Shown: positions 30,400 to 44,440 of the stretch, in pieces
Layout: the number at the start of each line of letters is the position of its first letter
Numbering within the stretch: position 1 is the stretch's first letter
Source: Anthoceros angustus
Taxonomy: Eukaryota; Plantae; Anthocerotophyta
Assembly (NCBI GenBank): GCA_010909165.1
Contig: MU008167.1
Span: 558,001-622,000 of the forward strand
Length of the DNA: 64,000 nt
Reading direction: 5' to 3'
Translations under genes and position numbers: made by a program
Notes under the pieces: generated by a model
What the model saw: the letters and a program-made list of their open reading frames with translations, nothing else
Databases searched by the model: none
Told to the model about the DNA's origin: nothing

Positions 30400-32144
30400 G
30401 TCACCACCTGGTAGGGTGACCGGGAGGGCTGTTCCCCTCCTTGCTCTCCGCCATCCTCCACCTTGGCGCCTCCTCCATCTCTTGTCTCCTCGGACTCCTG
30501 AGTCCATATCACTTGTGGCCTCATCAAACGGAGGCCTCGCCGCACTGCAGCCTCCTTCTCATCATCATGAGGACCCAATGTCCTCCTCTTGGCCAATCGC
30601 AATACTTGTTGGCCTTCAAGATCTGTTGTGAGATGGGCCCTGTGTTATGATATTGCATTTGGAGATCATCAATCTCCGTGGGCCACTCTCCATCCTCACA
30701 CCTACCCTTGTAGGCGTCCCTTGCAGTGGTCAATTCTCCCAACGTGACATGGAGGGTCACATTCTCCTCCCTTGCGTCCCTCAACTGGCTGGCCAATTTT
30801 TCTTGAAGGGCATAATCCGCCCAAAACCTTCGCTTTCTCACCACCAGCATCTTGTGCACCACCTTCTTGTGGTGCTCCTCCTCTTGGAACCCCCTTTGTT
30901 CCAGCTCGGCCATTTGCTTGGCAAGTCTCTCCCTCTCCTCCTGCCAAGCAACCTTTTCGCGCTCCAACTCTTGCAGTTGTAGGTCCTGAGCTTCCAGCTC
31001 CGAGCGCTTCTCCTCCAAATTGTACCGGGTTCTTCGCAATTCCTCTTCCATGTCCCGGATTTTGATGGCTTGGGTAGCTATCACTGCCTCAAGGCGTCCA
31101 TTTGGGACCGCCACTTTCTCCCTTCCTAGAGCCTCCTTTTGCCCTTCCGCTCTTGCTCTAATTGGGCAAATGCTCCTCATCTTCTGCTCCATGAGTCCTT
31201 GGGTAGTTGCTCGAGCCTCTTTGGTTTGAGCCAACCTTGCCTCAAGACCTTCTCCACGCCGCTGATCCATAAGGTTCTGGAGCTTCTCTACACTTATCCG
31301 CTTGGCTGCCTTCTCGTCGGGACCCATGGCCTCCAATTGCCATTTGGTCCTTGCTCTCCTCTCCGTCATCTCTTGGGCCTTATTCGCCTCGGACTTCCTC
31401 TTGGCACAAGGAGGCTTAGTTCCCCTAGCCCCTTCAAATCCACATGGTCGAGTGCTTCAAGCACTCAAGTCTCTAGGGGCCCAAATTCTACCCCCCTGGC
31501 CTCTTGGGAAATCTCCAGCTCCTCAGACACATGCCAAGGTGGTCCCTCACATGCCCCATCCGCTCTCCCACCTGGGTGATGATGGCTCCTGGGCGCCGCC
31601 TGGGCGCCTTCCCCTTCCCTACCGCCAGTGCTGACCGACGTGGGGTGCACGCCTACGGTGGTCGCTCCCCACCGGTAGTCTACCTACCTACCTGGGTAGG
31701 GCATCACCATGGTAGTCTCGCCTACCTCCTCAGCCTCACCGGGTGTGGTGCCTCTTCTCTAGGCACCCACGAGATGGTGGGGACTCCTCCCACCCTTGGG
31801 GCTGTCACCCCTATCGTGGTAGTCCTCCTCTCATAGACTACCACTTGGCCCTCCTTGGCCGGATCTTGCTCTTCTCCTCCTCTTTGCTCCTGTGGGGGAA
31901 AGGCCTCCCACTCCGGCAACCTTGTTGCCTCCACTTCCTCTGCTCTCGGTCCGGGTGTGCTTGTGGAGGTCTGTCCTCCCATGGTCTTCCTCAGCGCAAA
32001 GGGTAGAGGCCTCTCTAAGCTTGGCTGGAGGTGGATGACCTCAAAAGGATGCCAAGCATCCTCAAGCTCTTTTTGGTCAAGGCCCTCCATCTCCCACAAA
32101 TGCACCAAATAGGGGCCGAGGTAGCATGGCCTTGGCCCCTTCAT
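30400..32144 (-). pseudogene. Long coiled-coil accessory ORF, probably from an LTR or CACTA element; frameshifted
   Basis: N-terminal YLGPYLVHLW...WHPF block, a low-complexity middle, and a 281-aa E/K/R/Q-rich heptad region (30524-31369). No introns seen. Confidence 0.5.
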
Positions 32145-32242
32145 CCACGGAATTTCCCAAGGAGCTTCTCCTGATGGATGGGCCTACATGATGGTCCCCA
32201 ATCCCAGCTTATTCCCCGAGAAATCTTCCACAAAAATTTGGA

Positions 32243-33657
32243 CCCTACTAGAAATGGGCACCCTATGTTACACTTTATGTTAAGATTTGGACCCCGGATG
32301 TAACACTCATGTTGCAATTTTGGGGTCATGTAACACTTTTGGGCCCCTTGTTACACTTTGGCTTGGAAACCATACCACGGCCGTTGTTGCAATCATGTTG
32401 CAATAGTGTTGCAATTATGAATGAAGAGAGGTGGTTTTGCCATCTCTCAAAATTGCAACATGATTGCAACATCTAAAGTGTTACAAGAGAGGTCTTGTAA
32501 CACTTTTGGAGGCTTGGTACCGAACCTCCTCCCCATCCACTATTCCTTTTACTTTTGCCCTTGTAATACCACGTTTACTTGGTAGTTACCGCCAATACGC
32601 CCAATACGACCATATATAAATACTGCATTTAATACATCCTTGTACTATACGCATGTAGTCACTATGATAAATGTAATGTATTATTCTAAGTGCTATACGG
32701 CGTATTCAATTTCATATAAAATAAGTTTGTATATTACGTATATACGACATCGGTCCGTATATTCATGGTACGATACTTTGTATTTACTATACGTGTAAAT
32801 AGCGACGGCCCTTTATACCCCTACTTTATAGCATGCCGGCTTGGTTTGTCCTTCCACCACCAATAGCCAACGGCTTCCGCCATGGCTATTGTCCCCACCT
32901 ATCACCTTATTGTGACGCATCACGTGAGGTTATGCCCCTACAAGATTGTCTTGTGCGGAGGAGATTTGGTATGCGGCTTATGCTTTTACGCCTCCATGTA
33001 AGGCACTTCCTACTCGTCATCGTATGCACTGTGAAACTTCCGCCTCCTGCTCGATTCGCAATTTTCTTCTTCCCACTCGCGTTTGGCCGAGGCAAGCTTT
33101 GCCACTTCCTCCGCTTCCTCCTCGCCTGCAGTACACATTGCACATACAAACCAGCATGGCCGTCATGAGTTATCCAAATTTATGCCAAGCTGTCCATTTG
33201 CCTTACCTTCCTCCTCCCTCTTTCTTCTTCCGCCTTCTTGCTGGACATTTTCCTCTTCCTCCTTCTTCCGGCCGCAGCCTGTCTCACCTTGCCCACCGCC
33301 ACCGCCTCCTCTACTCCTCCTCCCGTTTTCCTCTTCGGCCTCCACCCTTTATCATGTGGTGATCGATTGATCCCCATCATCAAAAGGTTACTACTTCTAA
33401 AGATATATGGGACAAACTTTCAAGTACTTACTAAGAGTCGAGCATGGTCACTTCTACATGCTCAAGATATGCTTTTTGCCTGCAAGCTAGGTGTGAAAAC
33501 CAACCCTTTGTATTAAATTAAGAATCATGGCAAGGATTTCTAGATGCCGCAATTTCTACGGTCTTAAGTTAGATGAAGAGACTCAAGTCATGCACCTCCA
33601 AGGCTCTCCCCCTTCTTGAGTCCCTTTGTTTCTACTCAAGCGAGTACTTCTAATAAA
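32243..33657. repeat. Chimeric duplication: copy of the CACTA end (32243-33355, matching 33823-34930) fused to a copy of copia gag (33355-33657, matching 29065-29380)
   Basis: Direct alignment by eye; both parts are similar with scattered indels. Confidence 0.85.
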
Positions 33658-35599
33658 AGCAAGGTGTAGAGAAAAGACATTGTCGGGCATAGAAGCGTTG
33701 TGTGAAACGTGGTATCCGCCATTGCTAGGCTGGCTTATGCTATCTGGATCGTATTCTAACACGCCCCTTAAGCTAGACTATGGATGAGCTATGAACCATC
33801 ACCTAATGTCATCCCCAATCCACCTACTAGAAAAGGGCACCCTATGTTACACTTTATGTTAAGATTTGGACCCTGGATGTAACACTCATGTTGCAATTTT
33901 GGGGTCATGTAACACTTTTGGGCCCCTTGTTACACTTTGGCTTGGAAACCATACCACGGCCGTTGTTGCAATCATGTTGCAATGGTGTTGCAATTATGTT
34001 AAGATGAAGTGAGAGGTGGTTTTGCATCTCTCAAAATTGCAACATGATTGTAATCTTCAAAGTGTTACAAGAGAGGTCTTGTAACACTTTTGGAGGCTTG
34101 GTACCGAACCTCCTCCCCATCCACTATTTTCCTTTTACTTTTGCCCTTGTAATACCACGTTTACTTGGTAGTTACCGCCAATACGCCCAATACGACCATA
34201 TATAAATACTGCAAATACATCCTTATACTATACACATGTAGTCTACGATAAATGTAATATATTATTCTAAGTGCTATAAGGGCGTATTCAATTTCATATA
34301 AAATAAGTTTGTATACTATGCGTATTCCATACGTACATCGTCATATATATTCATGGTATATGTATTTACTATACGTGTAAATAGCGCTCTTTCTACCCCT
34401 ACTTTATAGCATGCCGTGCGGTTTGTCCTTCCCGTCACCAATAGCCAACGCCCACCATGGCCCCAGTCCCCACCTATCACCTTATTGTGACGCATCGTGA
34501 GGTTATGCCCCTACAAGATTGTCTGCGGAGGAGTTTTGGTATGCTCGCTTATGCTTTTACGCCTCCATGTAAGGCACTTCCTACTCCATCGTATGCACCT
34601 CGAAACTTCCGCCTCCTGCTTCGATTCCCAATTTTCTTCTTCCTCCCGCTTGCTCTGAGGCAAGCTTTGCCACTTCTACCGCTTCCTCTCGCCCCTGGCA
34701 CACGTTGCACATACAAACCAACATGGCCATCATGAGTTACCCAACGCGTTAATGGGTGTACCAATCACCATAGCTGACCATTTGCCTTACCTTCCGGTCC
34801 ACCCCTCCTCGTACCGCCTGGGGATGGGCCCGTCTTTCCGGTTCCGCAGCCGTGCCCTTGTCACACTGCCCACCGCCGCCGCCTACTCCTCCTCCTCTTT
34901 TCCTCTTCGCCCGCCACCCTTTATCGCAGGTGGCGTTGCCTCAACTGGGCTCCACTATGTAGGTCCATGCTCTCGATCGGAGGCGCAAGATATGTGTCCG
35001 AAAAATTAGGCACATCGTCCTCAAGACTGCCTCGGAGTCCATATCCGCAGCGCCCCCCCACGTCGTCCCCTTGCCTCGCATCTGCAATCGCCTTTGCCCA
35101 TATCAAAGGCGCGCATGATGCCCTCTTGACCTCCTTCATTCTCTCTCTCGACATCTCTCATGCTAGTGACGCGCCTTTTGGCCCCCGCCAGCATGGATGC
35201 CGGGGTGATCCACTGCTGCCCGCCCCCGCCACCCGCCTCCTCCCCTCCCTGCTTTTTTGCCCACCGTGCACACAAGTGTGTTTCCTCACAGTGACGGATC
35301 GGTTGCCCCTCCGTGGTCCACCACCCGACTCCCCGCCCACACTCATTGTTCGCCATTCAAGCGTCGTCAATCCATCGATCCCAACGGCCTCCACCCTCCG
35401 CAAACATGGCGTCACCTTCCGTCTGGGCACTCCTCCACCTCTTCTCCAGGCTTGCTGCCCACGTGACGCCCCTCGCCTCCAATCACACCATTCCGGGCAT
35501 GCGCTTCCACCAAACTCGGCGATCGTGGTGTCGCGGGCACCACAATTTCGGCCCATACTGCTGCCGCCTCCCCTCCTGCCTGACGCGTGGCCCGTCTCC

Positions 35600-37200
35600 A
35601 CTTCACCGCTCTTGTTTCGCCGCCTTCCCCCTTCCAATACCCAGCCTCGCCTCCTCCTCCTCCCCCAAGCCCCTTCCGTGCCATGCATTCCTTCCTAGCC
35701 TCTCCACGCCCACATCGCCACCACGTGCACGCCTCCCCACCCCTTCCTTCCGTCGCCTCGGAAGGCCACCATATCGGGATCCATCTCCAATTCAATGTCA
35801 TTAAGCAAAATGGTCATTTCCTTGTTCTCCTTGCAATGGCTGAATCTACGGTGTCTTGTCATACACTGCCTTACCATTGTAGGAACTCGCAGAACCCCAC
35901 TATCGCGGACCGCCCACAGAGGCGCATGGAAATCGTCCTCTTCAACCTCCCATACCGCCTTCTTCCGTTGGAAACCGCCCATCCGATTCTCAAACCTCAC
36001 CACCCAAAGACGCCCCTTTCCCCATGGGTTTGGACCCATCCCCGTTTTGGCTAGCCTCTCTTTTGCTGCGATTTCGTATTGATGGCTCAAACTTCCGTTC
36101 CTCTTCAACTCCATCCGAGCCCATGCAAGTGCATCTTCCCACTCTTCGTCATCCACCATGCTCGGTTTCTTCCCATGTCCTCCCCTCTACCATTTCCTCT
36201 AGCGCTGCAGCCTTCCACACATCGAGTGCGTGTCGCGTCATGCGAGAAGTGTCGGCTTATCCGGACTTGACCACAGTGCAGGAATGCTTGACAGTTTCAC
36301 TAACCGTGCTTTCTCTTCTTCGAACGTCCGCCATCTTGCGTACCCGAGTTCATTCACAACCTTCGTCCTCACTAAGATACCAGTTCTGCTTGCCTTTCAC
36401 CAACAACACGGAGTCCCTCCCCGCTTCATGTGGTTGCATGGCCTCCTTGACCATTTCACCCCATGCTTGTTTATCAAGGCTTTAACGGCATCGTTGTCCA
36501 CCGCACTCACCGCGCAAGATCCGCCTACTGGCCATCATCACCGCGGGTTAGAACACCACCCCTTGCGAAATTGATTGCGCCATTCGAGATCAAGTGCTGC
36601 GGCGCTTGGCTGCCTCCGCACCTCTTCCCCTTCCACGATTCCACTTTCCCTTCTTGCAATCGCTGCCACCGCCCGGCCCTCGAAAGGTTGCCTCCCTTGT
36701 CCCCATGCTTAAACACCGCCAAGATGCGGTGCTCTGTGTTACCCGTTGTCCACCATGCCCACTCACCGCCCGCAAACTTGAGCGTGTGCACACTTTGCGG
36801 CGTTGCGGCAAAGTGTGCACTTGTGCACACTTGCCGCATCACTTGCCGTTAAATCGACTCGCGACAACCAACCTCATCCGACGTAAATAGCTCCTCCTCT
36901 ATGTCGCTCAATTCTTGCACGCAATGCTCCAACTCCGCATCCGTGGGAGGTTCCAGATCTCGGCGTCGTCAAAATCAACTCCTGTTCACAGCCATCTCGC
37001 CTCGCCTCTTACCGACTGGCCTCGATGAGGAGGCCGCTTCTTGGTCGCGATGTCGAATGAAGACCGCACTGGTGCGGGGATGAGCGACATACCCCGAGGC
37101 CGGTTGCCCCCATCCTCCCCACCCGGATCGGTCCATCGTCGGCGCCGGGCGACGCCGCCCGACCGTGGTGTTCGAGCACCGACGCCAGAAGCCTCACCGC
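35600..37200 (-). pseudogene. Probable second CACTA ORF (TnpA/Ptta-like), degenerate
   Basis: Minus-strand fragments (35695-36159, 36525-36842) with a plausible Transposase_24-like pattern, downstream of TnpD; weak recognition. Confidence 0.4.
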
Positions 37201-37299
37201 CATACTCTCCACCTTAGAACTTGTCCACCGCCTTCGTCCATCAAGGCAATGGCTTCCCTCTCGGGCGCGGGGCCATGAGTCCCTACCGTCGCATTCAAG

Positions 37300-40200
37300 A
37301 CCATTTTGAAAAAGCTTGTTTGCAAAGGCCGGCGGTGGTCATTTCTTGCTATCGGGGACCCGGTATGTGCACTGCTACTTGCCCATAATCACAACATTTT
37401 CGACCACAACCTCGTGTGTGGAGCAATTTCATGTCCCATTGGTTACGTTGTAGCTTACTCGTGATGTATGATATTGCCCAAATGGCGCAGCTCTCAATGC
37501 CCCCATTACTCCATTTTAACGAATCATCGACTTCCTCGACCATTCCCACACGTCACTTGGGTATTGGCACATTCCGCCATTGGAATCGCGTGCTTGTTTG
37601 TTTGGAAATACTTTAATGCCCACTTGGCATGCTGGTTTTGCCCCATCCGTTCAGCTACTCAAACGACATGCCACAATCTATGTGCCAGCGCGCATGGGTT
37701 CCTCCTCTCTCCATCCCCTCGCCGGAGTAGGCACGGCCAAGGCCCACCCCCTGTTTCCATCCACTGTCTCCGGATGCATCATGCACTGAGTTACCTGCGA
37801 TGGCCACACAAATGGACCATCGATGGAGTGCACCCTGTACACGGAAACCTTCTCAGGATTCACAAGGTCAAACCTTGCACGACTTCCGCAGCGATGGCCT
37901 TGTCCCTCTGGCCGACACTCGTACCATCAACCTTCAGAATGGATTATACTCCGAGAAGTGCATCCGCAGATTGCTCTATGTGGCCGTAGAAGGCGCGCTC
38001 CTCTTGAGCTCCAGCCTGTCCCACCATGATAAACTTTGCTTTGCTATCTTTTGTGCTCCGCCGCCGTTGTCCGCCTCACTGCCCGAGGTGGCGCCTTTGT
38101 TCCACATGTGACTATGTGCGTTGCAACGGGGCCATCCATTATAGCCCTCACTGGGTCATAGCAGGATGCCCCCTCCCAAGCGCTCACCGCCCTTCTTCTG
38201 CACCCACCTCTTGAAACTTCGTGCTCCTCATGTGCACCGTACATCCTCACCTCTTCGTACATGTCCAAAACGGCTGCATCACCTTCGTGTGATACAGACA
38301 TAAGTATGGGCTGGCGCACCTCAAGCATCCATTGTGTCAGACGGCGACACCCAGACTTTTCTCTCCCACACGGTCCTCGGGACTCCATGATCCACCGACG
38401 TGACCATAGTAACGCGGAGGAATGACATCAAATGCATACTCTCCTCTCTCATATACCCCACGGCTATCTTGGACTGGTTGGCACAAGCCGTCTGCTGGAT
38501 CCTAAGTATCTCTCCACCGGGTACATCCACAGTGTGCACTGGCCCAATGCACCACCTCGTCCACTAAATGTATTATGAGGTGGGTTGATATATCAAAGAC
38601 CTTTGGAGGAATTGCTTTTCGAGAGCACATCACCCGCATGACCTCTTCTCGTTGTGCTTGAATTTCATGGCTATTGTCCATTGGCAAATCCATCCTGATC
38701 ACCCAATTTCACAACCGCCTTGTACACCTCGGGTCTATGCACCCCGAAGGACGATGGGAAGATGATTTCCAGCATGATGTGCGATCATGGCACTTCTGCC
38801 GCCCACTTTGCCCCCTCTAATTTCGCTCCTATGTTAGACCCATATGTGGGCTTTATGCGTTTAATTCTCTATGACTTGGAGGTCGTCTTTCGCCAAAGCG
38901 TAAGGCGCCTCGGGGCAATGGCGCCCTCTCCGCCACAACCACCTTTTCCCTCCATTGGCTTCCATGTCCATCCTTGATGCTAGGTCGTCTCGCTCTCAAA
39001 GTGTGCCATATGGCCTCTGCATTGTTCTTTTCCACGTGCATGACATCCTTTGGCGCCATCACAAGAAGGCTGACGCCATGGGAGCACCCTAAGCAGAAGA
39101 CATCCGCGTTCCAAAATTTCCTCACGCGGATCTCGGCGGGTGGCGCACCTTCTCTGCGTACCATATCTGTCACCACATCATCAAACGTTGGTGGCCTGGG
39201 TGGGGGACGGAGTTCCGCCCGTCCATCGTACCAGTCCATGTCTTCCCACCGTCCGCTATCCCTTCGGGCAACCACCTCCTGCCAACATAAACTGCTTTTT
39301 AATTGATGAGAATAGCGGGAATCCAGTCCGCCCAGCAATCCACACGCCGGGTCCCTTTCACTTGCAATCCGGTCGGTGCCCAACCACAGGTAGTCGGCAA
39401 TGACGTCAAAGACCGCCGCACCCTAAAATGCCTCCTAGGATCGTTCACGGTATTGAAAAGTCTTCCATGTCCACCCCTCTCCACAACTCTTCCGGTTCTT
39501 CTACCGGGCGCCATATAAACATCAAAATTTTTACCATGCCCGGTCCGGTACAATGAGAGGCATGATGACATGGGCGTCCTTTGTGCAAGCCGGAGGCATG
39601 TTGTGAGCGAATAGCATAAGCGGCCATATGGACGTGTTGACAGACTGTGACCAAAGGGGTTGAAGCCGTCATGCATAATGCCAACCTCAAGTTGCGAGGT
39701 TCATCCCCGAACCCTTCAACTGCATCAAATACTCTCCATGTTGGGGTGTCTGCCATCATGGACATGTCCCCATTCTCGCTTTGCCTCCCGACGTACCAAG
39801 TCATCATCTGTGCTATTTCCGGCATTCTGAACATGCGTTTCAATCGCGTCTTAAGAGGGAAATGCCAGAGGACCTTGGGGAATGATCTCGCTCATCAAAC
39901 CCTTCCTTGTACTGCGCGTGCAATGGGCAATGGACGCCCCGTACTCACCCCCCGAATAGAATACAATCTTTTCACAAGCATGGATTTTCACGTATCTTGG
40001 CCCAAACATGTGCAACATGACTTTGCCTCGTACATGTCCTTGACTTGTTCGAATCGCAAAATATCCACACTTAAGAGCTTTAAAAGTGCGTCACGCGACG
40101 CCATCGATGTCATACATCGTTTGCCAAGACAAAGAATAATGGTTGCGCTTAGCCCGCTTTCGATTGGACTTCCTCTTCAATGTGGTATAACGCGTTTCGC

Positions 40201-41200
40201 CAGCTCGCAAGCCGCCTCGACTCCATCCGCCCATCGCAACATCCGTGGCTTCCAAAGAACTCGCCACGTGCGCACTTGGGCATATCATCACCTCCGAACC
40301 CTCATCCATACTTTCGTCGTCGGAACTACTAGTGTGGTCGGTAGGATGGCCACCGCTCGTTCCTGTCGGACCCATCGAGCCGTATCCGAATCCGTCTGCG
40401 GAGACGCTCCAAGACGGCCGCTCTTCTATGCCACCGTGTCTCGCCGACCGCAAAAAGCCACCTTAAAGCTAGAATTGGAGTGCATTTGCTGGCCATTGAT
40501 GCGAGAGAACTCACGGCCACTGGGTTCGGAGGCGGGCGCAGAGGAATTCTTGAAATGTGTGCTTAATACGAGCTGCGAGCTCGCGACACCTGGCGGGGAC
40601 AATACATGTACACCGTGCATTTCGTGGCATCCTCCCGTCGTGATCGTAGGCACGGCAACCACAAAGACAAAGAAAGGTACATCCGTTATCCGAACGCCCC
40701 CCCCCGTGCAATCATGACTTCATGACCCATAAACACACGACACGTAGGACTGGAACGCTGCTTGCGAAACCATGGACGGAAGCACAAACGCGTCACACCT
40801 TATGGAGATCCCGCCGTCCGTGATGACCGGCGGTAAGTCGACCGACGATCGGGGCAAAGCGCCGAGGCGATGCACGCATCGAGATCTCGGACAAGAACCT
40901 CGCGCCTCGGACATGAGCAGAATTTGCGCGAGGAGCCACCACCGTCTTCCAATCCCAACTCGGTGACGGAGCACGGTTGGCGAGCACGCCCGGATGCACG
41001 CAATGCGCGATATACGGCACAAGCGGCGCGGGAAGCGCGTTATGTCAGCGTGGTAGCCGACTCTTCCGACGGGGCCGGAGCTTGGGCGTAGTGTAGGGGT
41101 GACACTTGCAATGGAAAGGGAGGATGTGCGCGCTGGCTAGCTTGGTGGTCGGCACCAACGGTCGGGGATGGTTGACACGCGTATCAGTCATTGCATTTGG
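37300..41200 (-). pseudogene. CACTA TnpD transposase (Transposase_21/DUF4218/DUF4216 regions), heavily frameshifted
   Basis: DTPTWRVFD...EPRNLRLAL, DGFNPFG, DVMHVEKN and PPKVFDISTHLIIHLVDEV. Outer boundaries approximate. Confidence 0.85.
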
Positions 41201-43879
41201 GGATGCGTGTTTTGATTTAAAGTTGATTACACACAATCCGCAAAGTTCGACAACGGCCTTGATCGTCCTAAGCTTGCAAGCATATGCAGAACAAAGCGTT
41301 CGAGGAGGCGCCTTCCCCTTGGTGTAAACAACCTCCTTCATGTCCACTTCTCACGGCAAGGAATAGTGTTGAGCTCATTGTCTCAAAGTCTCGTGACAGC
41401 TCCCATGTTGCGTCGCCATTCTGTGAAAGGGCATCAACCCGCCGCAGAGTGCGTTCCATGCCGCCTCGTCCAACGCATCCCAATTCCATTCTGTGAAGTG
41501 TGTAGCTTGAGCCCACGGTGGCGCGGACGTGAAGCCCCACATCCAGCTTTGTTCTATCCGAAGCAGGCGACTCAATTTGCAACCTCCTCCTTGGATCGTG
41601 GCCTCTGCAAATTGTAGCTAATGCGTTCGCCTTCTTCCCATGGAGGAAATGTGGCTTGACCGCTGGCACTCCGAGCGCCCGGATGCGTCGCCGCCAGCGA
41701 TTGCTCCTCCACTTTCCTCTTGCCCTTCGCATCACCCGGGGCGGATCGGTCCCTACGGGAGGGTGGCGTGTACATCCGCCTTACCCTTCTCTCTCAATCT
41801 CCCTCGCCTTCAACTTCCGAGGCTTGAGCGACCGCAATCCTTGCCAATTCTCTCCATCGAGGTATGCAATGGACCGGAATCTAGAGAATGCCTTGTGCAT
41901 CTAGGAGGAGAAGGCAAAGAGCTATAGCACCAATCACCATACTTTGTTTATTACGCGTGACTCGGAAGGGGCGTGCGCGGTGACTTGTCATGTCGGTCAG
42001 CGGTATGAGCGGGCACCAAACCATACCCATCCATTCCGCCAAGCGCATGTGAGTCATCGAGTTTTATTGGGTGACGATGAGAAGTACACGTAGTGATCAA
42101 AGAAGAAGGACTTTCCCATCCCAGTTTAATTACGGTAATCATATACCCACATTGTGAGGTATAAACCGTCCCTAGTCACACGACGCGTGATCCGAGACAA
42201 GAGCCAAGGGCGGGCGGCACTCCATACCAGGTCCTTGATGGCCGACAAGAGGAGAGCAACCTCCGTCCATCATCCTTGATGGCCGACAAGAGGAGAGCAA
42301 CCTCCGTCCATCATCCTTGATGGGCATCGTCGGTTTCCGGCACGAGCAACAACGATGTGCAAACACGCAATGATCCACAAATGAGGGTGAGGAGCGGAAT
42401 GTTGCGGGTTCGTCAAATGCGGATTCCACAACACCTTCACACCGCAGTATGAACTGGGTTGGAGAAAAGGGCCAAACAAAAGTGTTCACATGCGGCGCCT
42501 CCGAGCACCCAATCCATACCGTGTGCGGTCACCAACACCATGCCCGCACGTAGAAGGGACCACCTCGCTAGAGAAGGAACCACCTCGCCACCGACGGCAA
42601 GACGCCGTGAGGGATAGCAAGAGGAGACAGCCCACGCCGTGAAGGCGGGGACACCGCCCAACATTCCCATATGATCCTTGATGGCCATCGGCGGTATTTC
42701 CAGTTGGGCAAGATGGAGACATGCACACACGCCTCGTCTGCGAGCTACCGGATACCCACGGTGGTTTCGACTAAGCTCGTGCGGCATACTTGCACATGTC
42801 CGTCATAGGCGGCACAAGGTAGAGCGACGCGGAGGCGTGTTTCACTGGAAGACAAGCTCGCCTCGGATGCGAAGATGACCAAAACAAAGGTAGTAGCGTG
42901 AAGCGAGGGCAAGGTGGTGACATTTAAAGCGGAACACGACCTTAGGCAGCCTCTTGTCCTCCAGGCCACATCGGGTTGCGGATGAGAGGATCTTGAATTT
43001 CAGCCGTTCCTTACATGTGAGAAAAGGAGACATGGCGGTGGCATGGCCGGCCATCGAACAGGACGTTGGCGGTAAATTCATGGAGGCGGTGGCGCGGGGG
43101 CAAAGCGAGCGCGGAACACGAAGGTAGATGTCATGTCTCCCAAGGTCCGGATATCCTTATGCGGCACACGCCAGAGTGACGCCGTGAGTCATGGCGCCCC
43201 GCCAAGGTGTGAATACATGACACGCTCGCCATGTGACGCGTTGATTGGTGGGTACTGGGAGTCTCGAGCGATGCACATCATTATATGGGAGAACGCGAAT
43301 TGGCATATATATGGCAAATTCACATACACGGTCCTTCATTCATGGCATAATGAATGGGGGCATTTAGTTTGCTTGAATGGCTCTCACGTGCCACCTACCG
43401 TCCTTGCACAATGGTGTAGAAGAAGCGGATCAAATAGAGAACGGGCCGTCAATAATGCACACGATTTCGACATGGCATGTTTTCTACCATGCCCCGGCTT
43501 TTCAAATATTAAAATGGCTTCACCACACCTTTCTTGGACAACGGTGGAGAAGACAAGTTTATGCGAGATAGGGAGCCATTGTCTTTGGTTCATGGCATTG
43601 TCAAGGCCATGACATTGTCATGGCCTTCAACATAGGGACCATACATGGCATGCATGGAGGAATGGCAAGCCAGGTTGCGGTGGCATAGCGCATAAGTCTC
43701 CTCCTCTCTCCTCTTTCCTCCCTCCCCCACTGCACCGCGCCCACGCACCACCACTCCCCACACCATGGCCACCGCCATACCGTCACCACGGCTCCTCGGA
43801 ATGTGGTCGCGACATCGTCGCATCGCGGCTGGATCGGTAGGCAATGTGGTATGCGAGAACGGGCAAAGCATAAAAATAG

Positions 43880-44440
43880 CAAATTAACACATGCATGGTC
43901 CGTGGAGCATGGCAGGTTCTAAGCTGGTCTTGCCCTTGAAATGGCATGCTACATCTGTGGGCATTACCCAGACGAAATGGCATTGTGAACACTTGTCCAC
44001 AAAGGGCAAATTCTGTCCTTGGCTCTCGAAATGGTCATCCAGAATGGCCAAAAATTGACATGAGGCAAAGACATGGTCATGACGAATGAGGAACATTTGT
44101 CCTTGGGTCACGAAGTGATCATGCATGATGGGAATGTATTGTCCTTGGACCACGCAACGGTAATGAACAATGGCAAATTAGTGTCCGTCGATCGAAAATG
44201 ATCTTCCATAATGGAAACATTTGTCCTTGGCTTTGAAATGGTCATCCGAATGGCCAAAATTGACATGAGGCAAAGACATGGTCATGACAAATGAGGAACA
44301 TTTGTCCTTGGGTCACGAAATGACCATACATAACGGAATGTTTTGTCCTTGGACCACGAAATGCGCATGAGCAAAGGGAAATTATTTTCCTTCGATGCGA
44401 TATGGTAATCCATAATGGGCTAAATTTGTCCTTGGATGAC
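43880..44440. repeat. Internal repeat array in the CACTA element (atttgtccttgg core; ~90-bp block repeated at ~44027 and ~44235)
   Basis: gaaatggtcatcc...ttgacatgaggcaaagacatggtcatgac...ggaacatttgtccttgggtcacgaa occurs twice, plus shorter tgtccttgg copies. Confidence 0.8.
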
